A DNA stretch of 64,000 nucleotides. Source: Candidatus Latescibacterota bacterium (GTDB lineage: Bacteria; Latescibacterota; UBA2968; GCA-2709665). The translations under genes were made by a program, and so were the position numbers. A model generated the notes under the pieces. It did not search any database, was not told where the DNA came from, and saw only the letters and a list, made by a program, of their open reading frames with translations. This document shows positions 38,833-47,479 of this stretch, piece by piece. How positions within the stretch are numbered: position 1 is the first letter of the stretch; the number at the start of each line of letters is the position of its first letter. The DNA lies in assembly GCA_965226795.1 (NCBI GenBank), contig CBDDDZ010000005.1, forward strand, positions 1,088,001 to 1,152,000. Reading direction: 5' to 3'.

Positions 38833-38886
38833 TTGACTTTTTTGTATCCGTTCCGTATTTTTGTCTTTAGACGATACGTTCCGTAT
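38833..38886 (+). promoter_or_regulatory. Putative sigma70 promoter with two operator-like ATACG-N3-CGTAT sites
   Basis: TTGACT-17bp-TATTTT (38833-38861); ATCCGTTCCGTAT at 38846 and ATACGTTCCGTAT at 38874. Confidence 0.55.
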
Positions 38887-38925
38887 CCCTACCCTTCTTT
38901 TCCAGCGGATGCTTGAGGGATCTCT

Positions 38926-39948
38926 ATGGTTCGGAAACCGGTCATTCACGGGCGGAAGCAATGCGAGGTCTGCGGGGTGGAGATTCCGAAGGACCGTAAG
39001 GCTGAAATGCCCCGCGTGTCGATCTGTGTACAGTGTCAGAAAGAGAGTGAACTGCGGAAGGGCCCGGACCATAAACGGGACGAAACCGGAAGTGACTCGT
39101 CCGGCATGTCGACACTCCCCGAAGGGGGTTCGGTGGAGGTGAAGGGAAATCTGGTGCTGTTAGGAAATTGGTCCGGGAACCTGATCGACCTGGCCGCACG
39201 CGAAGGGGAGTTAAGGCAGCTATTGGCGATAGGCGACGTCGACCGGGCTCGAGCGCTGGTGCAGGCGCTGCCGGTTGAGGAACAGGCGGCGTTGGTGGCG
39301 ATGAGTGAAGAACCCGAAGAGATGCTTTCGATGACCGGTGGAGACGGTTCCGGTGGACCCGGATACAGCCGACAGGTGGTGGAACTGCTGCCCACAGAGA
39401 TTCTGGGAAGTCTGATTTCAGTGGACCCGGACGAATGGAAGTTCAATACGGAATTGATCCGGGCGATGTCCCCGCCGGCTTTCCGGCGTGCCATGGCCGA
39501 AACCCTGGATCGAGTGGACAATTCCAGTTTGCGCACACGCGTATCCTGGGAGTGGCTGCAGGCCCTCGCCACACTTGATGACTTCAACCACCGGACAGAG
39601 TTGCTTCGGGCCTTGGATCAAGCCTTGCTGGAGGATGCGCTGCTGGATCGCCTGGCACATCTGGATTTGAACGAGGTCGTCGGGGTCGGCGGTTTTCAGG
39701 TGTATCGTTTCCGGCTCTTCTCGACGGAGGGTCTGGGCGGTACCCGTCCCAGCGCGTTCATCGACGATCCGGAAACAGGCCTGGTTCTCGACGCGCTTTA
39801 CGAAGCGTCTCCCGCCATGCTTTCCAATATCATTCGCGTGGCCTGGGAACGAGGGGAAAGCGACGACGAAGAGGAAATTGTGCGGGAACCGCGCAAACAG
39901 GAGTCGGCAGAAGACGGAGAGCAAGGAAAAGGGAGAACGAACCGATGA
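38926..39948 (+). CDS. Protein with N-terminal DksA/TraR C4-type zinc finger fused to a helical domain (possibly DUF6178-like)
   Basis: CEVCGVEIPKDRKAEMPRVSICVQCQ zinc finger; the DUF6178 resemblance (ARALVQALPVEE) is from memory only. Confidence 0.7.
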   Translation: MVRKPVIHGRKQCEVCGVEIPKDRKAEMPRVSICVQCQKESELRKGPDHKRDETGSDSSGMSTLPEGGSVEVKGNLVLLGNWSGNLIDLAAREGELRQLLAIGDVDRARALVQALPVEEQAALVAMSEEPEEMLSMTGGDGSGGPGYSRQVVELLPTEILGSLISVDPDEWKFNTELIRAMSPPAFRRAMAETLDRVDNSSLRTRVSWEWLQALATLDDFNHRTELLRALDQALLEDALLDRLAHLDLNEVVGVGGFQVYRFRLFSTEGLGGTRPSAFIDDPETGLVLDALYEASPAMLSNIIRVAWERGESDDEEEIVREPRKQESAEDGEQGKGRTNR

Positions 39949-40847
39949 ATGTCTTGGCAGGAGTTGACTTTGAAAAACTCAGGGTCGGGACGGAGGGGTT
40001 CCTGGGCCAGGCAATCGCCCTGGGGGTCAAGTACGGAAGACTGTCAGAACACACCCCGGACGCCCTGTTGGCCTATCTGCGTGATGGGGGTACGAGGTTT
40101 GGACTGCGGTATCGCACAGGAATCGCAGTATCACGCGATGTACTTGAACGGGGTGTGCGCCAGGCGCTGGTCTGCCTGGAACTGGGTCTGATCGTCGCCG
40201 CGAAGGAAGATTTGAACCGGGCGGTGGAACTGCTTGCCGAGGCGGATTTCGAGAAGATACGCAAGCGGGGTTGGGAGGAAGCGTACGCCCGGATGGACGA
40301 GATGGGCCGGGTCTGCCGTTCGATCCCGGGGAGGCCGGAGGCGCATTTCTTGCGGGATTATGGCTGGCACATTGATCGCTGGTCACGTGTTATCCCCGAG
40401 ACCTGGACGGTTTCAGGAGGGGAGGATAATGACGATAATCCTTTGGATCCGCTGCATGATTACCTGAAGTTCAGGGAACTGCACGCCCGGCTGAGCTTTA
40501 TCCGGCTTCTGCCGCTGCGGGCCTTGCGACCATTTGCCGAGGCCGTGAACGACTACGGATTCGGGAATTTTCTTCGACATCTGGTTCTGGTGCTGGCACT
40601 GGACCTCGAGACCCTGGTTCCCAACACACGTGATATAGCAGCCTTTGAATCCGATTGTCTCGGCCCTGAAGGGATGGCGGCCTGGGCGCGCGACAAGGTG
40701 ACGACAAAAGCGAAGGAAATGGCACGCAGGGCGGTTGATGATTCCGGTTTACGGATGCTGTTGATCCAGGAGGTGGAAGCGGAGATCGCTTCTTTCGAAG
40801 GGCTCTCGGATGATTCGCTTTCGGATATATTCGTGACTGATTCCTGA
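39945..40847 (+). CDS. Hypothetical helical protein (possibly DUF6178/DUF6179 C-terminal-like)
   Basis: ATGA overlap with the upstream gene; ALVCLELGL...DLNRAVELLAEADFEKIRKRGW. Confidence 0.6.
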   Translation: MNVLAGVDFEKLRVGTEGFLGQAIALGVKYGRLSEHTPDALLAYLRDGGTRFGLRYRTGIAVSRDVLERGVRQALVCLELGLIVAAKEDLNRAVELLAEADFEKIRKRGWEEAYARMDEMGRVCRSIPGRPEAHFLRDYGWHIDRWSRVIPETWTVSGGEDNDDNPLDPLHDYLKFRELHARLSFIRLLPLRALRPFAEAVNDYGFGNFLRHLVLVLALDLETLVPNTRDIAAFESDCLGPEGMAAWARDKVTTKAKEMARRAVDDSGLRMLLIQEVEAEIASFEGLSDDSLSDIFVTDS

Positions 40848-40871
40848 GCCGGTTAGGTCGCCGATTTGTCG

Positions 40872-40908
40872 CGGGCACATCCCGGATCCGGGATGTGCCC
40901 GTATTTTT
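40872..40908 (+). terminator. Perfect 30-bp palindrome acting as a probable terminator between convergent genes
   Basis: CGGGCACATCCCGGA|TCCGGGATGTGCCCG followed by TATTTTT. Confidence 0.65.
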
Positions 40909-40952
40909 GATACGTCGAGCACGCGCCGTCGATACGGGTACTCAAAAACGCA

Positions 40953-42462
40953 TCAGGATACCGATTTTCCGAAATGTCTGGCGAAGGCCAGGAAATCTGG
41001 GAAATTGACCTGACCGTCCCCATTCAGATCGAAGGTCGAATCGAAGCCGATCGCGCCCTTCTCTCTGCCAAAATTCCGCGCGAACAGCAGGAAATCACCG
41101 AAATCCACGTGACCGCTGGCATCGAAATCGAGTCTGACGATCGCCTCCCGCTCCCACGTGCGCATCCTGCCCATAAACGCGAGAATCGCTTCGGAATCGA
41201 CGAAATCGTCACTTTCCAATATCAGCACATCCCGCCGGTCTTGCGATACGGCAATCGACCCGGTATCGGAAGGGTACGTTAGCGTGAGCAATTCACGATA
41301 GGCATCCGCGAAATCGTCCGCGTCGTCCGCCGTGTCCCAACTCGTGTACACCAGAAGCAGCAGGTCCCGTCCGTCCCGCGACTGGAACACCGCGTAGCGA
41401 TCTCCATTCCACCCATCCGCCGCCGATTTGCCGCGGACTTCCATGTCGAACTCGGAAAAGATGATCCGCCACGTCAATTCTCCGATCGTATCCTCGTCCA
41501 GCAGCATCCAGTCGTCGAATAGACCCGCTTCCTGAAACGGTGGCCACGTAAACCGGTCCGGTCTTTCCCGGGTGACCCATTTTTCCGGATGCAGGATCTG
41601 TTCGGTCGAAACCGGCGGTTCCGCGTAGAGCCGATTGACGGTGTTCCATCCGTACCCCTGAATCTGGTAGGCAAAATTCATGCCGAAGATGTAGACGATG
41701 GCCTGCTGCAATATCATGAAATCAGGAAGTTTATCGATTGTCTGCAGTTCCCGTGGTGAACTGCCCTGCAATCTAGCAACTTGCTTCATCCCGTCCCGGA
41801 GTGAGTCGACGTCAAAATGCATCTGGCTACCGATCATGCTCTGTAACAGCCCGCGTCCCGGCATCCGCCCATTGCGGTTGTTCAGGGACCAGATGGTCTC
41901 GATGTATGTGGCAAAATGTGGCCTCGCCCTCCCCGACCGCCTGGCGCGCCAGCTGTTCGTCGGAATTCAAAGAATCGACTTGCGCAGGCAGGTATCGGTT
42001 CAGATCGAAATGCTGGTCCTGAAGACCATGGCAGAGTTCGTGGGCCAGTACGGCGTCCAGCACATTCTCAGGAAGGTTTTGTTTCAGGATGTAAAACCTG
42101 TCCACGTCCGGATCGTAATATGCGAGCGTGCCGGATTGCAGAAACGTGAGTACCAGCGAGCGATCGAGGATGAACTCTCCGCTGTATAGCCCCAGTTTTC
42201 GAATCACGAGATCGTAGTATTCCCAGTCCATAGCGGAATATTGCAGGTCGATCTGGCGTTCGGCGTACGCCTGAAACTCGGATGGACTCTGCACCGCGAC
42301 GTCGATGGACCACTTGAACTCAAGCTCCCGGATCTGCGAGATCTCTCCTTCAATCTGCCTGGCTCTGCGCCTGAGTTTCGCCAGACTCTGAGCCCCTACG
42401 GGAACCTCTGAAAGGACGACTGTGAGACAGGCGAACGACGCCAGAAATCGGATGAGGCCCAT
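40953..42462 (-). pseudogene. Frameshifted secreted zinc-metallopeptidase-like protein (HExxH) with C-terminal EF-hand/dockerin-like repeat
   Basis: 5' part: signal peptide, AYYDP, HELCHGLQDQHFDL, GEGEAT. 3' part in another frame: PPVSTEQILHPEK, GWNGDRY, two DFDxSG/DLNGDGxVxFxDFLxFAxxFG repeats. Removing 10 bp at 41906-41922 joins them in frame. Confidence 0.8.
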
Positions 42463-42475
42463 AGGGATCCGAACC

Positions 42476-42886
42476 TCAAGTAACGGATTCTTTTTCAGAG
42501 GCGCGGCGGCGGGCTTCCCGGCCCTTTTCGGGGGTGGGATCTTTAACGAGGCCGTAGGATTCCCTGCCTTCATGTCCTTCCGGCAGGTATTCGGTGACGG
42601 GCAACCCTTCGGGGGTAACGAAGAGCAGGCAATGGCAGTATTTGTAGATCTTCATCTCGTCGCAGGCGCAGATCCATTCCCTGCTGCGTTCGAGTTCCGC
42701 TTTCTTGTCGGGGTAGAAGTTGCACGGGCACAATGGACGACCGAGTTCGTCGACGTGCGCGGCCAGGCCGTTGACAACGGCTTCGGTGATGCCGCGGTCG
42801 GGATGGCCGGTGGTGCCGGTTTTCTCGCAATATTTCTCGAAGTAGACCCACATGCGCTTGAGGCTCTTTTCCGATGGCTGGTCCAT
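42476..42886 (-). CDS. Ferredoxin:thioredoxin reductase catalytic (beta) subunit family
   Basis: VVNGLAAH..ELGRPLCPC, WICAC, YCHCLLF (CPC/CxC/CHC motifs). Confidence 0.88.
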   Translation of the reverse strand: MDQPSEKSLKRMWVYFEKYCEKTGTTGHPDRGITEAVVNGLAAHVDELGRPLCPCNFYPDKKAELERSREWICACDEMKIYKYCHCLLFVTPEGLPVTEYLPEGHEGRESYGLVKDPTPEKGREARRRASEKESVT

Positions 42887-43005
42887 TGGGGACCTCCGGT
42901 GTGTTTGGGGGTGTCAGGGTCGATGGGTGAAGCGGGAGCGTCAAATTCTGAGCGGATCCGGACTGAGGGCGCCGAAATTGATTTGAACGTGGCTGTATGG
43001 TGAAG

Positions 43006-43377
43006 CTATACGTGCTGATCCACGAGAATGGGATTGCCGTCGGGGTCGACAAGAACGAAACTGGCCGGGCCGGTCGACTCTTCGTCTGCCTCAGATTGCA
43101 AAGCCACGCCTCTTGCTTTGAGTTGCCGTTGTAACTCTCTGACGTCTGTAAACGCATCCAGTTTCGCGGCGTCCTCATCCCAACCCGGATTGAACGTCAG
43201 GATATTTTTTTCAAACATCCCTTGAAACATACCGATTGTACACCCCCTGTTCTTCATTATGAGCCAATTCTGCGATACATCGCCTCCGAAGACCCGAAAT
43301 CCCAGCTTTTCATAAAAGGACTTTGAAATCTGAATACTCTTAACATCCAGACTCACTGAAAATGCACCCAATTTCAT
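43006..43377 (-). CDS. VOC/glyoxalase family protein
   Basis: MKLGAFSVSLDVK...SKSFYEKLGF, GMFQGMFEKNILTFNPGW, LVDPDGNPILVDQH. Confidence 0.88.
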   Translation of the reverse strand: MKLGAFSVSLDVKSIQISKSFYEKLGFRVFGGDVSQNWLIMKNRGCTIGMFQGMFEKNILTFNPGWDEDAAKLDAFTDVRELQRQLKARGVALQSEADEESTGPASFVLVDPDGNPILVDQHV

Positions 43378-43532
43378 GTTGTCTCCCGGCAGGCCCTTTG
43401 CGTTGCGGCTGACCTTGCTGTATGGGAATTTCTGATTCGCACCACGCGGCCGATCGGATTGAAAATGGGACCGGGAGGCGCGGGACATTTCGGGGCGAAC
43501 GTAACCGCAACCCGAATTACGGAGTAAAATTC

Positions 43533-43559
43533 AAATCCCCGGTTTTACCGGGGATTTTT
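43533..43559. terminator. Stem-loop, probable terminator
   Basis: AAATCCCCGG-TTTTA-CCGGGGATTT, perfect 10-bp stem. Confidence 0.55.
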
Positions 43560-43659
43560 GGTCTTATCGCGGTGAGTTCGGCAGTTGCGTTCGACATTTC
43601 AGTTGCGGCGGCAATCCGAAGGATCACGCACGATGTGCGTGATTATTGATGGCCGGATC

Positions 43660-44475
43660 CTAATGTAAACTGTTGAGATAGTCCATGGATTTCTTGAGCT
43701 CGGCTTTGGGGTCGCTCCCGGGTGGGATCGCGCATTCAAAGCCGCTGTAATGTCTATAACCGATATCTTCCAGAGCCTGCAGGGCAGGCCTGAAGTCGGT
43801 ATGTCCGTAGCCCGGAAGGATTCGGTTGCTGTCGGCCAGATGCACATTGGTGATCAGTTCGCCGCAGCTGCGAATCGCTTGGGCCATATCGGACTCTTCA
43901 ATGCTCATGTGAAAGAAGTCAGCCATCAAAGTGACACCGGGTCTGTTGACGGCATTGCAGATTTGGAGCCCGTCCGCGAGGGTACACGGCCACCACTGTT
44001 CGTATCGGTTGAGCGGTTCGATAATGACGCTGCATCCGCATGTTTCGGCGTGTGGGGCGATATCTTGCTTGAGAATGTCCGTGAGCAGGCTCGATTCCAG
44101 CTGTGCGGTGGTCGCAAAGGGAGAAAGATCGGGAATACGATGGCCATTCTGGAGTTTTATTGCAATCAGCGGCGGGAATATGACACCTACGCCGCCCAGG
44201 TCGCCGCAGAGTGTGAGCGCGTCTTTAAGGTCCTGCGCCGCCTGCCTTCTTTCCGCGAGCCTTGCATCGAGAAGGCCCATCGTTCCGCGGATTGAAAAGA
44301 TGTTAGGGGTGACGCCTGTTTCCTCAGATGCCTTGCGGATTTCGTCTGCGTGTTCGACCGAGCTGCTGGCTGTGATTTCGATGCCTTCGATGCCGATTTC
44401 CGCAAGGTTGTGGAATTTTTCCAGGATGGAGTTCCCTGGCGCCATATTTTCACGGATGGAGTATTTCAGCGGCAT
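43660..44475 (-). CDS. Sugar phosphate isomerase/epimerase (D-tagatose/psicose 3-epimerase-like TIM barrel)
   Basis: IIEPLNRYE, ADFFHMSIEE, VHLADSNR..PGYGHTDF, GFEC. Confidence 0.88.
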   Translation of the reverse strand: MPLKYSIRENMAPGNSILEKFHNLAEIGIEGIEITASSSVEHADEIRKASEETGVTPNIFSIRGTMGLLDARLAERRQAAQDLKDALTLCGDLGGVGVIFPPLIAIKLQNGHRIPDLSPFATTAQLESSLLTDILKQDIAPHAETCGCSVIIEPLNRYEQWWPCTLADGLQICNAVNRPGVTLMADFFHMSIEESDMAQAIRSCGELITNVHLADSNRILPGYGHTDFRPALQALEDIGYRHYSGFECAIPPGSDPKAELKKSMDYLNSLH

Positions 44476-44572
44476 ATGGGTCTTCCCGGGTGCCCGGTCA
44501 CGGGCCTATGGATCCAAGTGAAATTGCGGCGGCTGTTGAGCCGTTGAGATAGGACACCTTCACGAATCGCGC

Positions 44573-44601
44573 AATATAGGGTCTGTGATGTGAAATGTCA
44601 A
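44573..44601 (-). promoter_or_regulatory. Putative sigma70 promoter
   Basis: Minus strand TTGACA-17bp-TATATT. Confidence 0.6.
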
Positions 44602-44674
44602 GGGATGCGCCGGCCGCGTTCGCGGGCCCATTCGAATTTCACGGTAAACCCGGGCGAGTTCGGCCCCGGTCGCA

Positions 44675-47227
44675 TCATTCTGGAATTGAGGGAATCAATC
44701 TGGCGCTCCGAATCCTTTCAATCCGGAACGTCCGCTCGCCTTTGCGGTGCCTGCAAAAGCCGTAAAGTACGCCGTGATCTTCGAAGATCGGTTCAATCGA
44801 ACGAGATGATGCCGTGGCGTTGCGTTCGGCGTGGTATTCGATTTCAAGGCAGAGACAATGGTCGATAGCATATCCGATGAGACTCCGTATGTCGGCCTCA
44901 CCTGTGGCGGGGTTGGTGCCAGGGTAATGAATAAGCGCCTGGATACCGTCGCGAGACCGCCCGCCACTGAACAGCGATTCAAAAGTCTTGCTATAGTCGT
45001 CCACTGCGCCACGGCAGTCGCTATGTGGAATGCTTCGAAGACTCCAGCGAAGACGTTTCAGCAGACGTTCCAGTTCCTCCGGCAGCGGAACCGACCGTGC
45101 AGCGAAGGTCTGTACGGCGGTTTCGAGAAATCCTACCAGTTGTAACAGTTCCGAACTCTTCAGCACAACCTGGTGTTGTTCGTCGTTAGACTCCTTGCAC
45201 GTTATGTTCGGCATATAACCACGCTTGTTCAGGGCATCCAGAAGTTCCTCGACGCGTGTCGACGGGTTGAGTGCGGCAGTAGTCGGTGAGAGTCGTACGC
45301 CAAGATGGGATGCGATTTTTTTCTGTACGAAAAGTTCGTCCAGCAGTTCGGGCCGTTCGCTGACAAGATAGCCGGAAGCCGGCGCGATTTCGATTTCGCC
45401 GTGTTTGCTTTCGCACTCCCGGATCAGGGCGTCCACCATCTCCGGCAATCCGGTGGCGCTGTGGGTCCGAAGAAACTCTCTGAGGGAGGCTCCGTTCCAG
45501 CCCCTGCTCATCGCCATGTGGACGGATTGGGGCGAAATCCGGAATCTTCCCAGTACGTCTACTTCCTTGAGTTCCGCTATGGAAAAAAGTCGGATGTACA
45601 GGGCGAAGGAGAGGTCCGGCGGAGAAAGGATTTCAAGATTTGGTTGCAGGATAAACTGTCCGGTGGGACGGGTCGTTGTTTCTCCGGGAGTATTCACGGG
45701 ATCACGTCCACGTAGGAGCGCCGCGCCGGGGCCGGTGAGTTTGAAGACACCCCGGTGGCCCGGTTTAAGAGGCTCGCCGAACGCATCAGGATTTCCCAGG
45801 CTGACCAGACCCATCCACGTGAGAGCCGATACGAGGATACGCCGGAGCAGTTCGTCGGCGTCGCCGCCGACCGGGTCCCGCCCGGCCGTGGGACGTCCAT
45901 CGAGGTGGGCGAAGGTTTCGGACCGGCGCGTGAGCAGTGTGTAAAATTTCGGGTACGATATCCAGCTGTCTTCAGGACAACTGGCAAGGCAGTCGAGCAG
46001 GTCGCGGCGAAGCGCTCTCAGCGTATCAATCCTGTTGTGAACCCGCGCGTCGGATCGTTCCGCGGTCCACTCATTCCATCGGTCGGTCTCGCGCCAGACG
46101 GTAAGCACGGCCTTCCGAATGTCAAACACCCGTGAGAGTCGGTCAGCAACGTCCCCGGAAAGGTGCCACGTCCTGGCGTCGCATAGGATGAATCCGGCCG
46201 TTTCCGCAAACAGGAGGAGGAATTCAGAATAGCCCGGATCTATGTGGCCCCGGTAATATTTTCTGACGTCTCGAAGCCGGGCCCTGGAAACGCCGCCATG
46301 TTTGAGCGCACGCGGCCTGCGCTGCTCGATAAAACCAAGAAGGGTACACAGATTGGGTACCAGGCAGGACGTCTGCTCCCGGGTCTGGGAGGGGTTTGGT
46401 CCGGTGTGTGCGACAATTTCCTCGAATGTGTCCTCAATCCGGTCGTCCAGGGACTGAATTTCCGGCTTCAGGTCTGAGGCCAGCCGGAGCGGTGTATCGG
46501 TCAGGAGTCGATCGTTTGAATGGAAAAACAGGGGCGTTTTCCAGATCATCTCGTCCAGTGCTCGTAGCCCCCCTTCACCCAGGGAACTAAGGATTTCGTC
46601 CTGCGTGATGGCATCTCCGACCAGAGCCAACTCCAGAATGGCTCTCTTTGTATCCGGAAGTTCGATGATGAATGTTTTCAGATGCTCCGGATCCAGTAGC
46701 CGCTTGCGGATGGCACGCGTCACAAATGCGCGGTGAGTATCTTCGTACGGACAGCCCAGTTCGCTCGCGAAGGCGCGAAGGAGTCCGATGGATCGAGATT
46801 GCATCAGACGGCGGAGCCGACCCTGATCCTTCGCCGGCATGGCAATGGCCTTGAGGACAGGTTCCGGAATTCCTACCAGGCAATTGTCCGCTCCGAGGGT
46901 TTCCGCGTCCTCGAAAACCAGACCCAGGTCGGAAGCTGCGTCCTGCATCTTCTGGAAGCGATGGGTAAAGCCCGCCCCCAACTCTTCGATGGCGTCTTCC
47001 TTGAGCAGTTCGCCTCCCTCAGCGGCCAGGTTGACGACAAACTCCCGATGTTCGGGCTGAAGCGAATTCAATCGTTCCCGGACCTGCGGTGGGTTGGAAA
47101 GATGGCGACACATCAGGTCTATCTGGACCGTTTTGTTGGCGCCGGGGTGAATCGGCAGATCGGTAGACGCGGCGATCCGGCGGAGCCTGTCAATGGGTTG
47201 GTGGCTGAGGACCGCTCTCAATTTCAT
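44675..47227 (-). CDS. Helicase-associated (XPB Helicase_C_3-like) domain protein with C-terminal WYL domain
   Basis: ILQPNLEIL...FRISPQSV..AMSRG...FLRTHS..GLPEMV..LI (Helicase_C_3); LEIEYH...RSIEP...LYGFCRHRKGERTFRIERI (WYL). Confidence 0.8.
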   Translation of the reverse strand: MKLRAVLSHQPIDRLRRIAASTDLPIHPGANKTVQIDLMCRHLSNPPQVRERLNSLQPEHREFVVNLAAEGGELLKEDAIEELGAGFTHRFQKMQDAASDLGLVFEDAETLGADNCLVGIPEPVLKAIAMPAKDQGRLRRLMQSRSIGLLRAFASELGCPYEDTHRAFVTRAIRKRLLDPEHLKTFIIELPDTKRAILELALVGDAITQDEILSSLGEGGLRALDEMIWKTPLFFHSNDRLLTDTPLRLASDLKPEIQSLDDRIEDTFEEIVAHTGPNPSQTREQTSCLVPNLCTLLGFIEQRRPRALKHGGVSRARLRDVRKYYRGHIDPGYSEFLLLFAETAGFILCDARTWHLSGDVADRLSRVFDIRKAVLTVWRETDRWNEWTAERSDARVHNRIDTLRALRRDLLDCLASCPEDSWISYPKFYTLLTRRSETFAHLDGRPTAGRDPVGGDADELLRRILVSALTWMGLVSLGNPDAFGEPLKPGHRGVFKLTGPGAALLRGRDPVNTPGETTTRPTGQFILQPNLEILSPPDLSFALYIRLFSIAELKEVDVLGRFRISPQSVHMAMSRGWNGASLREFLRTHSATGLPEMVDALIRECESKHGEIEIAPASGYLVSERPELLDELFVQKKIASHLGVRLSPTTAALNPSTRVEELLDALNKRGYMPNITCKESNDEQHQVVLKSSELLQLVGFLETAVQTFAARSVPLPEELERLLKRLRWSLRSIPHSDCRGAVDDYSKTFESLFSGGRSRDGIQALIHYPGTNPATGEADIRSLIGYAIDHCLCLEIEYHAERNATASSRSIEPIFEDHGVLYGFCRHRKGERTFRIERIRSARLIPSIPE

Positions 47228-47318
47228 AGGGCACCGTTGAACTCTGTATTGTCGAAACGTGAAAAATCCGCAGAAACGAAAAAACCGACTCCCACAGGCC
47301 GGCCAACCATCCTAAAGC

Positions 47319-47347
47319 AGTATAGAATAAATAGTAAGCCTTGTCAA
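47319..47347 (-). promoter_or_regulatory. Putative sigma70 promoter of the WYL gene
   Basis: Minus strand TTGACA-17bp-TATACT. Confidence 0.65.
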
Positions 47348-47479
47348 GGCGCAATATCCGGGTTGCGTCTGAAGAGAAAAAAGCGGGATTTCGAGCGTCC
47401 AATTCGTATATTGTCGCGTCGCCTGACAACAATTTCACCGGGGTTTCGCCCGCAATACCCGAAAATCATCAGAGGACCG

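Noticed and set aside
41827..41930. Programmed ribosomal frameshift joining the two peptidase ORFs
   Set aside because: No slippery heptamer; the 10-bp duplication-insertion explains the break fully
43006..43377. Lower-GC VOC gene as a mobile cassette
   Set aside because: No flanking repeats, attC-like site, integrase or transposase seen; composition alone is not enough
46733..47479. N-terminal extension of the 448-aa plus-strand ORF
   Set aside because: It overlaps the WYL gene antisense and its promoter; the membrane protein most plausibly starts at ATG 47480 after GAGGA
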